Positions 56,056 through 64,000 of a DNA stretch of 64,000 nucleotides are shown here, piece by piece (positions within the stretch are counted from its first letter, which is position 1; the number at the start of each line of letters is the position of its first letter). Source of the stretch: a bacterium. Its GTDB lineage: Bacteria; Patescibacteriota; Patescibacteriia; Patescibacteriales; UBA12465. A model generated the notes under the pieces. That model ran no database searches. It saw only the letters and a list, made by a program, of their open reading frames with translations, and was not told the origin of the DNA. Position numbers and translations under genes: made by a program. The stretch covers positions 191,347-255,346 of the forward strand of contig DAOMZR010000001.1 of the NCBI GenBank assembly GCA_035400585.1, given 5' to 3'.

Positions 56056-56127
56056 CTCCGAGGGTGGGATTCGAACCCACGACCAATTGATTAACAGTCA
56101 ACTGCGCTACCGCTGCGCTACCTCGGA
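56056..56127 (-). tRNA. tRNA-Asn (anticodon GTT)
   Basis: TCCGAGGTAGCGCAGCGGTAGCGCAGTTGACTGTTAATCAATTGGTCGTGGGTTCGAATCCCACCCTCGGAG; acceptor TCCGAGG/CCTCGGA; anticodon loop CTGTTAA; T loop TTCGAAT. Confidence 0.96.
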
Positions 56128-56240
56128 ATACATTCAGTTTTTAAAACTGAATATATAATAACAAACTAAAATAAAATGTCAAATGAATTGACCATCTTTA
56201 AAACGAAAAAACCAATATATATTCAAATTATTATCAAAAA

Positions 56241-57149
56241 TTAATCACTAAGAAGTTTTTTGTCCTCTATCCACAAATTGCCCCTAAAACAATTTCTTCC
56301 GGGATTGAATTTTCTGTCTCCATAATATGATCTACCGTTTTCGTCGTCACTACTAGTTCGGAAACTAGCGCAAATTTCAAATTCTCTATCACCAATTTTA
56401 TTATATTCTATTTTTTCACCAGTTTCTGGATCAATTAAACTTCTTTGATCAAAATAAATTTTACCTTCTTCCGAAGATATTTCTTGTAAATTTTCCGGAA
56501 GTCTATGATTTAAATCATAATAGCTATTTACCATGCTTTCAATCGTTGAAATTCTATTTAAAACAATTTGATCTAATTTTTTCTGTCTAGCTATTTGTGG
56601 CGACTCTACAAAAAACAAAGATGAAACAAAAATTATCACCACCAAACTTAAAGAGCCCCAAAAAAAGATTTTAAGATTATTATCTCTCTTTTCAACGTTT
56701 TCTCTTTTAATATCGTAGAAATAATAACTAAACACCAAAGCAGAAATAACAAAAACGGTTAAAGCCTTTAGAATAAATTTTAAAGTCATTTCGCCTGATA
56801 AAAAGCTATTTAATATGCCGATTAAAGATCCTAGAATTATCACTGCTGAAACAAACAAAATGAAATAGGTTAACCAGCGACGCAAAGAGGAATCTTTTTC
56901 TAATTCATTCTTTCTTAATCCATTGTTTATCAATCTAAGCATTAAGAAAAATATAGGAGCGGCTACAAACAAAGCTGAAATTCCAAACCTCAAACCACCA
57001 TCATTGTTGTAAGCGTAATCAACCAAAATATCGTTGACACTTTTGTCTACTATTTGAAAAATTATTATCGCTGAAGAAATTGCTGTAAAAATCAAAGCCA
57101 CCAGAGAAAGCAAATAATAAAAAGCGAACTTCGGATTGTGATTTTTCAT
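56241..57149 (-). CDS. DUF5671-like multi-TM membrane protein
   Basis: FAFYYLLSLVALIFTAISSAIIIFQIVDKSVND and FGISALFVAAPIFFLMLRLINNG; further TM pairs and a periplasmic tail. Confidence 0.65.
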   Translation of the reverse strand: MKNHNPKFAFYYLLSLVALIFTAISSAIIIFQIVDKSVNDILVDYAYNNDGGLRFGISALFVAAPIFFLMLRLINNGLRKNELEKDSSLRRWLTYFILFVSAVIILGSLIGILNSFLSGEMTLKFILKALTVFVISALVFSYYFYDIKRENVEKRDNNLKIFFWGSLSLVVIIFVSSLFFVESPQIARQKKLDQIVLNRISTIESMVNSYYDLNHRLPENLQEISSEEGKIYFDQRSLIDPETGEKIEYNKIGDREFEICASFRTSSDDENGRSYYGDRKFNPGRNCFRGNLWIEDKKLLSD

Positions 57150-57189
57150 ATTTTTTTAATTAATTATAAATTTTTAAATTATATTAAAT

Positions 57190-58518
57190 TTAAAAATCTC
57201 TTAATTTTTCCAAACTCTTATTTTTCATTTTTCTAATCTTTTCTAAGGCCTTAGCTTCAATTTGTCTAATTCTCTCTCTGGTTACCTCAAATTCCTGACC
57301 AACTTCTTCCAAGGTATGAGCCACTCCATCAATCAAACCAAATCTCATTTCCAGTATTTTCTGCTCTCTAGGAGAAAGACTAATAATTACTTCCTTAACA
57401 TAATCTTTTAAAAGTTGAAGGGCAGCTACTCTATCTGGGGTTTCATTTTTAACATCTTCAATAAAATCTTCCAAGGTCGAATTATCATCATCATCACCGA
57501 TGGTTGTCTCCAGAGAAATAGTCTCTTGAGAAATTTTCATGATATAAATAACCTTATCTAATTCTTCACCCATTTCTGAGGCTACCTCCTCAATCATTGG
57601 TTCTCTGCCTAATTCTTGGATTAAAAATCTTTGAGCCTGTTGAAATTTATTTATATTTTCAACCATATGAACTGGAATACGAATTGTTCTCGATTGATCA
57701 GCTAAAGCTCTAGTTATGGCTTGTCTAATCCACCAGGTAGCATAGGTTGAAAATTTATAACCCTTTTGGTGTTCAAATTTATCAACCGCTCTAAAAAGAC
57801 CAATATTTCCTTCCTGAATCAAATCCAACAAACTCAAACCTTTTACTCCGGAGAATTTTTTAGCAATTGAAACAACCAATTTCAAGTTTGATTCAATCAT
57901 TTTTCTTTCAGCATCTTTATCTCCACGATCCTTTCTTTTTGACAATTCAACTTCTTCTTCCGGGGTTAAAAGAGGAATTTTACCAATCTCTTTTAAATAT
58001 ATTTGAATCGAATCACTGGATAAATTAGCAAAATCAAAAGACATGGATGGTCCCTTTTTCTTTTCTGGAATATTTTTAGAACTTAAACCAAGAACATTAC
58101 CGCTGTCTTCGCTAACCATAATACCAGCGTCATTAAGTCTTCCTAAAAAAATTTCGTATTCATAAATGTGATCCTCAACGTTGGGAAAAAGATATAATAT
58201 TTCGGTTTCAGTTAAAAAACTACGAGATCTTCCCTTCTCAATTATTTTTAAAAGTTGTTCTTCGGATGGTGCTTCTTTTTTTTCGTAATGAGAAATTTCT
58301 ATTTTTTTCTGATCATGTTTTTTAGAGATCACTTTTTGTATTTTTTTGGTTTTATCGCTTTTCTTTTTATGATCCTTGATTTTCTCTTTTACATTTTTAA
58401 GATTTTTCTTTTTGCCAGCAGAAACATTTTTCTTATTTGAAGCTTTAACTACTACCTTATTCTTTTTATGTTTTTTGCCGGCCTCCGTCTTTTTTTCCTT
58501 CATTTTTTTGACATTCAT
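57190..58518 (-). CDS. rpoD: RNA polymerase sigma factor RpoD (sigma70)
   Basis: [108 protein letters not shown]. Confidence 0.96.
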   Translation of the reverse strand: MNVKKMKEKKTEAGKKHKKNKVVVKASNKKNVSAGKKKNLKNVKEKIKDHKKKSDKTKKIQKVISKKHDQKKIEISHYEKKEAPSEEQLLKIIEKGRSRSFLTETEILYLFPNVEDHIYEYEIFLGRLNDAGIMVSEDSGNVLGLSSKNIPEKKKGPSMSFDFANLSSDSIQIYLKEIGKIPLLTPEEEVELSKRKDRGDKDAERKMIESNLKLVVSIAKKFSGVKGLSLLDLIQEGNIGLFRAVDKFEHQKGYKFSTYATWWIRQAITRALADQSRTIRIPVHMVENINKFQQAQRFLIQELGREPMIEEVASEMGEELDKVIYIMKISQETISLETTIGDDDDNSTLEDFIEDVKNETPDRVAALQLLKDYVKEVIISLSPREQKILEMRFGLIDGVAHTLEEVGQEFEVTRERIRQIEAKALEKIRKMKNKSLEKLRDF

Positions 58519-58543
58519 ATTTTATTTAAATTTATTTTTATTA

Positions 58544-60403
58544 TTAATTGATTTTCAACAATTTGTCATTCAGCTCTTTAAGTTCATTTAAAATTTTCAA
58601 AATGTCATCTTTTTGACCATTTTTTTCCGATATAATCAACTCTGATTCCTTCTGCCTAATTAAATCCTTATAATACAAACGTTTAATCTCCAAAACTATG
58701 TTCGACAACTCCTTTTTAACTTTTGACTCTAAATCATTATTATCTTGACCATACAAATAAAAATCAGCCAAAAGCCAGGATTCATTTAGTAGAGATATTA
58801 AATTATTGTTTGAATTAGTCTCATCTTTAATATAGGCTAAAAATTGATTATAATCAAGCTTTCCCTTATTTTTATTACCGTACATCACTAATAATTCATA
58901 AAATTTACGATATTTCAAAGGAATTTGGTCTAAATCCAATTTATTGGACAAATAGTCAAAATTCTGTGGAAATCTCAAAGTCAAAGCAAATAAAAGTTCC
59001 GTTAGTTTGTCCTCTCTATTTTTTTGAACAACATTACTGGCTTGAACAAAATTTTTACCATTTTTTTTATTAGTCTCAAAAGTATCATTTTTATTGACTT
59101 TTTTATCTATTTTTGATAATTGCTCCCTTAAAAAAGATTCATTAACTGAATATTTTTGACATATTTCTTTGATCCAAAAATCCTGTTCAACTTTGTTATA
59201 CAGCATATTTACAACTGTTAATATCTTGTTAACGGATTTGTTTTTTTGGTCAATATTGTTCAAATCAATACTTTTTATTTCTTTTGTCAAATAATAATCT
59301 ATAATATTCTTTGAATTGTTAATGGCCTCTTCAAAGATTTTTGGATTATTTCTAATAATTTCATCCGGATCTTTACCTCTTTCCCCTTCTTTGAAGCTTA
59401 CAATCTTTAAATTCAGGCCATTTTTTAGGGCCTCAGCCACTCCTCGATCGGTGGCGCTAGAACCGGCTAAATCCTGATCAAATGATAAAATAACGTTACT
59501 GGTGTATCGTTTTATTAAGTTCAACTGGGAAACCGTTAAAGCTGTCCCTGATGAAGCTACAACGTTTTTAAAACCGGCTTCATGGGCCGAAATAGCGTCC
59601 ATTTGACCTTCAACCACTATTACAGCGTCTTTCTCCTTAATAGCTGTTTTGGCTAAATTTAAGGCAAACAGAAGCCTACTTTTATCATATAAATCGGTTT
59701 GGGGACTATTTATATATTTACCAAAGGATTTATCTCCATTTTGGTTGTCAGGATTTATTCTGGCAGTAAAAGCAACTACTCGACCGTTAACGTCTTTAAT
59801 TGGAAACATTATTCTATCTCGAAAACGATTATAATAACCACCCTTTTCACTTTTAACAGACATTCCGCTTAAAAAAATTTCATTATCAGTATATTTTTTA
59901 TTTTTTAAAAAGTTAATCAAATCGTCATAGCTATTTAAACTATAACCAATTCCCCAACGATTTATAGCTTCTGTTTTTAATCCTCTGTTTAGCAAATAAT
60001 CTCTGATTTTTTTACTCGATTCATTTTTAACTTTATCGTTAGTTAAAATAAAATTATAATATTTAGCGCTTAAATCTAATATTTCTAGTAAACGATTTTT
60101 ATTTTTATTTTCAGAAAAATCATTATTGTCTAAAACAACCCCCGCTTTAGGGGCTAACATTTTTAGAGTTTCTACAAAATCTAAACCCTCCATTTCCATC
60201 AGAAAAGAAAAAATATCTCCACCCTTGCCACAACCAAAGCAATGCCAAATTTGTTTTTCCGGAGAAACCATAAAAGACGGAGTCTTTTCATTGTGAAACG
60301 GACAAACCGCTCTAAAATTAGACCCTGCTGGTTTTAAATTTAGATATTGTGAAATAACATCAACAATATCTAATTTGGCTTTTATTTCTTCGGAATGATT
60401 CAT
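58544..60403 (-). CDS. dnaG: DNA primase
   Basis: CPFHNEKTPSFMVSPEKQIWHCFGCGKGGDIFSFLM, RFRDRIMFPIKDVNGRVVAFTAR, IVVEGQMDAISAHEAGF, VILSFDQDLAGSSATDRG. Confidence 0.96.
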   Translation of the reverse strand: MNHSEEIKAKLDIVDVISQYLNLKPAGSNFRAVCPFHNEKTPSFMVSPEKQIWHCFGCGKGGDIFSFLMEMEGLDFVETLKMLAPKAGVVLDNNDFSENKNKNRLLEILDLSAKYYNFILTNDKVKNESSKKIRDYLLNRGLKTEAINRWGIGYSLNSYDDLINFLKNKKYTDNEIFLSGMSVKSEKGGYYNRFRDRIMFPIKDVNGRVVAFTARINPDNQNGDKSFGKYINSPQTDLYDKSRLLFALNLAKTAIKEKDAVIVVEGQMDAISAHEAGFKNVVASSGTALTVSQLNLIKRYTSNVILSFDQDLAGSSATDRGVAEALKNGLNLKIVSFKEGERGKDPDEIIRNNPKIFEEAINNSKNIIDYYLTKEIKSIDLNNIDQKNKSVNKILTVVNMLYNKVEQDFWIKEICQKYSVNESFLREQLSKIDKKVNKNDTFETNKKNGKNFVQASNVVQKNREDKLTELLFALTLRFPQNFDYLSNKLDLDQIPLKYRKFYELLVMYGNKNKGKLDYNQFLAYIKDETNSNNNLISLLNESWLLADFYLYGQDNNDLESKVKKELSNIVLEIKRLYYKDLIRQKESELIISEKNGQKDDILKILNELKELNDKLLKIN

Positions 60404-60404
60404 T

Positions 60405-60905
60405 TTAGAAAAATAAAAATCTTTTCTTTTTTATATTTTTTTGAAAATTATCTAAATCCCTATCTAAGTCGCCACACTCCATATCGGCTAAAATATCATT
60501 TTCTGGATCGTCATTTTTTTTCTCAATTATAACTTCTTCTTTCTCCTGTTTATCAATTTTTTGATTAATCTGATGTTTTTTACCAAAAGGTAAAACACTA
60601 TAATTATTATTACCCACTATAATAGATAATGATTGTATTTCATTTTCAACCAAATCACCGTCATACTCAGCACTATGCATATGTTGTCCTTCATAACTGG
60701 CTCTTTTTTGATCTAAATGCAAGCTAAAAATACAATCATCATTATTTTCTTCTATATATAAATGAAAACGAGGATAATGACCATCACCCAGACGTCTCAC
60801 TAAACTTTCTTGACCACTTTTTCGGTCAAATATTAAGGCATAGCCAGAGCTTCTAATAACTTTTTTAGCATCTTCTAATTTAATTGATTTAACCAAAAAT
60901 TTCAT
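60405..60905 (-). CDS. Hypothetical protein
   Basis: 166-aa ORF directly upstream of dnaG, same strand; GHYPRFHLYIEENNDDCIFSLHLDQKRASYEGQHMHSAEYDGDLVENEI; no assigned family. Confidence 0.6.
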   Translation of the reverse strand: MKFLVKSIKLEDAKKVIRSSGYALIFDRKSGQESLVRRLGDGHYPRFHLYIEENNDDCIFSLHLDQKRASYEGQHMHSAEYDGDLVENEIQSLSIIVGNNNYSVLPFGKKHQINQKIDKQEKEEVIIEKKNDDPENDILADMECGDLDRDLDNFQKNIKKKRFLFF

Positions 60906-60915
60906 AAGATAAACA

Positions 60916-61398
60916 TTAGTTTCTTTTTCTGAAAATAAAGAAATTATAAATAATAAAACTTTCTATACCAATAATCACTGTTGCTAAAAATTGAGAAAAA
61001 AGATAATTGATTTCTTTGATGTTAGCAAAAACATGCATCAATTTAACATTCAACAATAAATTAAAAATAGAAAAAAATAAATAAGAAAACAACTGGCGAT
61101 GGACGTAGGCTAAATTATTATTTCTAAAGGTCCAAAATTTATGAACAAAAAAATTAAATAAGAATGATAGAAAAAAAGCCAGAGCTGTCGATGGTAATAA
61201 TTTCTGATTTAAAACATCGTGCAAAAGAAATAAAAAAATCAAATCAAGCAATAAAGTAAAACAACCAGTTATAAAAAACTTAACATAAACTTTTTTTAAA
61301 TTTAGTATTCTGAAAGTGGTTGGAAAATAAGAAAAAATAAAAAATTTGATTTTCTGATACATAAAAAAATTATTTATAAATTTCAGTAATTGCTCCAA
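60916..61398 (-). CDS. GtrA-family membrane protein
   Basis: KFFITGCFTLLLDLIFLFLLHDVLNQKLLPSTALAFFLSFLFNFFVHKFWTFRN. Confidence 0.88.
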   Translation of the reverse strand: MEQLLKFINNFFMYQKIKFFIFSYFPTTFRILNLKKVYVKFFITGCFTLLLDLIFLFLLHDVLNQKLLPSTALAFFLSFLFNFFVHKFWTFRNNNLAYVHRQLFSYLFFSIFNLLLNVKLMHVFANIKEINYLFSQFLATVIIGIESFIIYNFFIFRKRN

Positions 61399-62263
61399 TT
61401 ATTTTTTCAGAATCAAGAAATCGATCTTTGATACTATCTGAATTTAAAACAACGCTTATAAATTCTTTGCCATTTTTGTCAGCAAATTTAAGGGCCAAAC
61501 AATACCCGGCCAAAATATTATAACCCGTTTTGCCTGAAATTATTTGACCATCAATATCAATATCTCTAAAACCCAACAATAATTCATTGGTAGAATTTAT
61601 TTTTTTTATTCGGCCATTTCTGGTTTCAAAACTATACTCGTAGTTTTCGGTTAAATCAGCTATCAAATCGTTTTCCAACGCCTTATTAGCTATAATAGCT
61701 ACTTCTTTGGCGGTCGATACATTACTATTGCTTAAACCGGTTGGATCTTCAAAATAGGTCTTATATAGTTTTAACTCCTTAGCTTTTTCATTCATTTTCG
61801 CGACAAAATCACTTTCACTTAAACCGGCCGAACTAATTAAAGCTATAACAGCAGTATTATCAGAAGCTATTAAGGATAAGGCCAGTAAATCAATGTTTCT
61901 AACCTCCTCTCCAAAAAACAAATAATCTCTACCACCCAAACGACGATCTTCCTTTTTAATTTTATAATAATCATTATAATCTATATCAAGATCCATAAAA
62001 ACCAAGGCTGACATTAACTTACTAATACTAGCAATAGATCTAACTTCATCAGAATTTTTTTCGAAAACAAAAAAATCAGAATCTAAATCAAGAACGGCTG
62101 TTGAAGAAGCTGATAAATCAAGTTCATCAATTTTTTTAGTTTTTTCTAAAAAACCATCAATTTGCCAAACCTTTTTAATCTCACCCTGATTTTCAATAAT
62201 CGGTGAAGAAAAATTACTAAAAAACAGAGAAGTTATAATGTGAAAAACAACAAAAACAAACAT
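61370..62263 (-). CDS. D-alanyl-D-alanine carboxypeptidase (S11-family serine hydrolase)
   Basis: RSIASISKLMSALVFMD (SxxK), ASDNTAVIALISSAG (SxN), SGKTGYNILAGYCLAL (KTG). Confidence 0.9.
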   Translation of the reverse strand: MFVFVVFHIITSLFFSNFSSPIIENQGEIKKVWQIDGFLEKTKKIDELDLSASSTAVLDLDSDFFVFEKNSDEVRSIASISKLMSALVFMDLDIDYNDYYKIKKEDRRLGGRDYLFFGEEVRNIDLLALSLIASDNTAVIALISSAGLSESDFVAKMNEKAKELKLYKTYFEDPTGLSNSNVSTAKEVAIIANKALENDLIADLTENYEYSFETRNGRIKKINSTNELLLGFRDIDIDGQIISGKTGYNILAGYCLALKFADKNGKEFISVVLNSDSIKDRFLDSEKIIGAITEIYK

Positions 62264-62267
62264 ACGA

Positions 62268-63074
62268 CTATTCTTTTTTTAATTCTTCATCTTCATCTTC
62301 GCTGTCACCCTCATCATCTTCATCATCTTCGTCATTTTCGTCATCTTCATATTCATCTTCTTCATCTTCTTCGTTATCACCCTCTAAATCTTCATTCTCT
62401 TCATTATCAGTTTCATTATTATTTTCTTCTTCATTTTCTGTATCACCATCAATATTCTCATTTTTTTCTTCCTTACCTTCAAAGCCATTTTCAACATTCT
62501 CACTGATTAAATCATTAAGATTTTTATCTTCGGATTTGTTAATGTCACCCAACAACTTATCTATCTCTTCGTTTTTATTAAATTTCTCATAATCAGGCAA
62601 CTCATTTAAACTTGAAATTCCAAGGAATTTAACAAAATCAAGACTAACAGTATAAATATTGTCCTCTATTTCATTTCCCTGTTTTTCCTCAATTAAACCC
62701 CTAATTAATAGGTTTTTTAAGATCAAGCTACAATTTATTCCTCTAATTTTTTCAATGTCTTTTTTCTTTATTGGGCCTCGATAGGCTATTATAGTAAGTG
62801 TTTCTAGGCTGGCCGGGGTTAATTCACCACTAACTTCACTTTGCATAAATTTTTGAACAACTTCAGCGCTTTCTGGAGAGCTAGACATTTGATATTTTTT
62901 AGAATTTTCGATTATCAATATACCACGGTTGCCATTTTTATAATCATTTATTAATTCCCCGATTTCCCTTTCAACATCTTCTGTTTTTATCTCCAAAACA
63001 TCGGCCAATTCTTTTAAAGACAATGGCTTAGGAGAGACAAAAAGTAATGATTCAATAGAGCGCTTAATATTCAT
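62268..63074 (-). CDS. scpB: Segregation and condensation protein B with long acidic C-terminal tail
   Basis: RSIESLLFVSPKPLSLKELADVLEI, LTPASLETLTIIAYRGPIKKKDIEKIRGINCSLILKNLLIRGLIEE, followed by a roughly 80-residue D/E-rich tail. Confidence 0.93.
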   Translation of the reverse strand: MNIKRSIESLLFVSPKPLSLKELADVLEIKTEDVEREIGELINDYKNGNRGILIIENSKKYQMSSSPESAEVVQKFMQSEVSGELTPASLETLTIIAYRGPIKKKDIEKIRGINCSLILKNLLIRGLIEEKQGNEIEDNIYTVSLDFVKFLGISSLNELPDYEKFNKNEEIDKLLGDINKSEDKNLNDLISENVENGFEGKEEKNENIDGDTENEEENNNETDNEENEDLEGDNEEDEEDEYEDDENDEDDEDDEGDSEDEDEELKKE

Positions 63075-63097
63075 AAATTTATTTAAATTAATTAAAA

Positions 63098-63847
63098 TTA
63101 CAAAAGATCTTCGTTATTTTCTTCCAAATAAATTTCACTAAACAATTCTACTTGATTAAAAACCAATTCTCTTTGTTTTGATAATTCCAAGACAGCTAAA
63201 AAGTTAACTATTATTTCGGTCTTAGATCTAGCTTCTTGTAAAATTTTAGTAAAATTTATTTTAATTTTCTTATTTATTAAATTTTTAATAAAAGAAATTC
63301 TTTCGTCTATGCTTATTTCTGATTTGATTGTTTCTTCTTCTAACTTTTCTTCTTCGTTTTTATTTCTTTCTAAAACTTTTAAGAAAGAATTATATAAATC
63401 GTCTTTTTTAACATTCTTTGGTGGGAAGAAATAATCGCCCAAGAAAGAAAAACGACGATTGTTCTTATTTATAATTCTAGAAAAAGAAAATTTCTTTTTT
63501 CCAATTATTTTCTGTATCTTGTTGCTTAAATCAACAAAGTCCTTATACATCTTTAATTGCTTTTCCAAGTCTTCAACCTCTTCTTCGTCTTCTGGGCTAA
63601 ACAAATATGGCAATAGAGCTTTTGATTTTAAGTAAATCAATTTGCTGGCCATTAACAAAAAATCAGCCATTCTTTCCGGTAAAATTTCCTGTGAATTTTG
63701 AATATATTCCAAATATTCATCGGCTATTTTAGCCAAGCTGACTGACGTAATATCCAACTCCTCCTTTTCTATAATTCTCAAAAGCAAAGATAATGGTCCC
63801 TGAAATTGATCTATTTTGATATCTATCATAATATTTTCACAAAACAA
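63098..63847 (-). CDS. scpA: Segregation and condensation protein A
   Basis: FQGPLSLLLRIIEKEELDITSVSLAKIADEYLEYIQ, ERMADFLLMASKLIYLKSKALLPY, IVNFLAVLELSKQRELVFNQ. Confidence 0.94.
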   Translation of the reverse strand: MFCENIMIDIKIDQFQGPLSLLLRIIEKEELDITSVSLAKIADEYLEYIQNSQEILPERMADFLLMASKLIYLKSKALLPYLFSPEDEEEVEDLEKQLKMYKDFVDLSNKIQKIIGKKKFSFSRIINKNNRRFSFLGDYFFPPKNVKKDDLYNSFLKVLERNKNEEEKLEEETIKSEISIDERISFIKNLINKKIKINFTKILQEARSKTEIIVNFLAVLELSKQRELVFNQVELFSEIYLEENNEDLL

Positions 63848-64000
63848 GCCAAAAATTGGGTATTTTATATTAAAATACCCCTTACTCTATCTATTTTAAC
63901 TGATTTTGAACCTTTTATCAATAGTAAATTAATACATTGAAATACTGAATTTATAGCTAAAAACTTAAATATTTTATCTTTCTTCTAATTAAATTATGGA

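Noticed and set aside
58255-58591. Phe-rich forward ORFs opposite the rpoD N-terminus.
   Set aside because: Complement of the Lys-rich rpoD N-terminal region.
62240-62506. Forward His/Leu-rich ORF (HLHHLRHFRHLHIHLLHLL).
   Set aside because: It is the complement of the acidic D/E-rich codons of the ScpB tail, not a metal-binding protein.
1-64000. Searched for CRISPR arrays, cas genes, toxin-antitoxin pairs, transposases and phage structural genes.
   Set aside because: None recognised by eye in the ORFs or intergenic sequence; the only recombinase is Xer-like.
1-64000. Possible UGA recoding (as in Gracilibacteria/Absconditabacteria).
   Set aside because: Conserved genes terminate at expected lengths under the standard bacterial code; no in-frame TGA needed.

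Overview
AT-rich 64 kb window that looks like a Patescibacteria/CPR (Parcubacteria-like) chromosome segment; this placement is inferred from gene content and compact protein sizes. It is mostly housekeeping: serS, dnaX, lysS, greA, murI, alr, guaB-like, uvrB/uvrA/short uvrC, rlmH, aspS, rpoD, dnaG, scpB/scpA. It also has a glycan assembly/export block and two tRNAs, Gln(CTG) and Asn(GTT). Most interesting observations: (1) a 28-bp dif-like Xer site at 4424-4451, about 50 bp upstream of a tyrosine recombinase gene and close to a switch from + genes to mostly - genes, so a candidate chromosome terminus with a recombinase-adjacent dif. (2) A three-gene cassette of Bacteroidota type IX secretion/gliding flavour at 40915-44764: SprB-like repeats plus gliding-motility-associated C-terminal domain, then PorP/SprF-like, then PD40-like. 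This is unexpected in this context. (3) A uridine-phosphorylase-like / class II aldolase / MtnA-like isomerase cluster at 44824-47255 that could be a kinase-free route from nucleoside to DHAP. (4) Unusual secreted or fused proteins: pilin-FISUMP, Kazal protein with a recent internal duplication, GHL15-like protein with FG-GAP-like repeats, and a DUF2807-like/YgjP-like fusion. (5) A GC-rich island next to tRNA-Gln carrying a 21-bp duplication of the tRNA 3' end. No CRISPR array, transposase or prophage was seen. All family calls are by eye from motifs; no database search was run.
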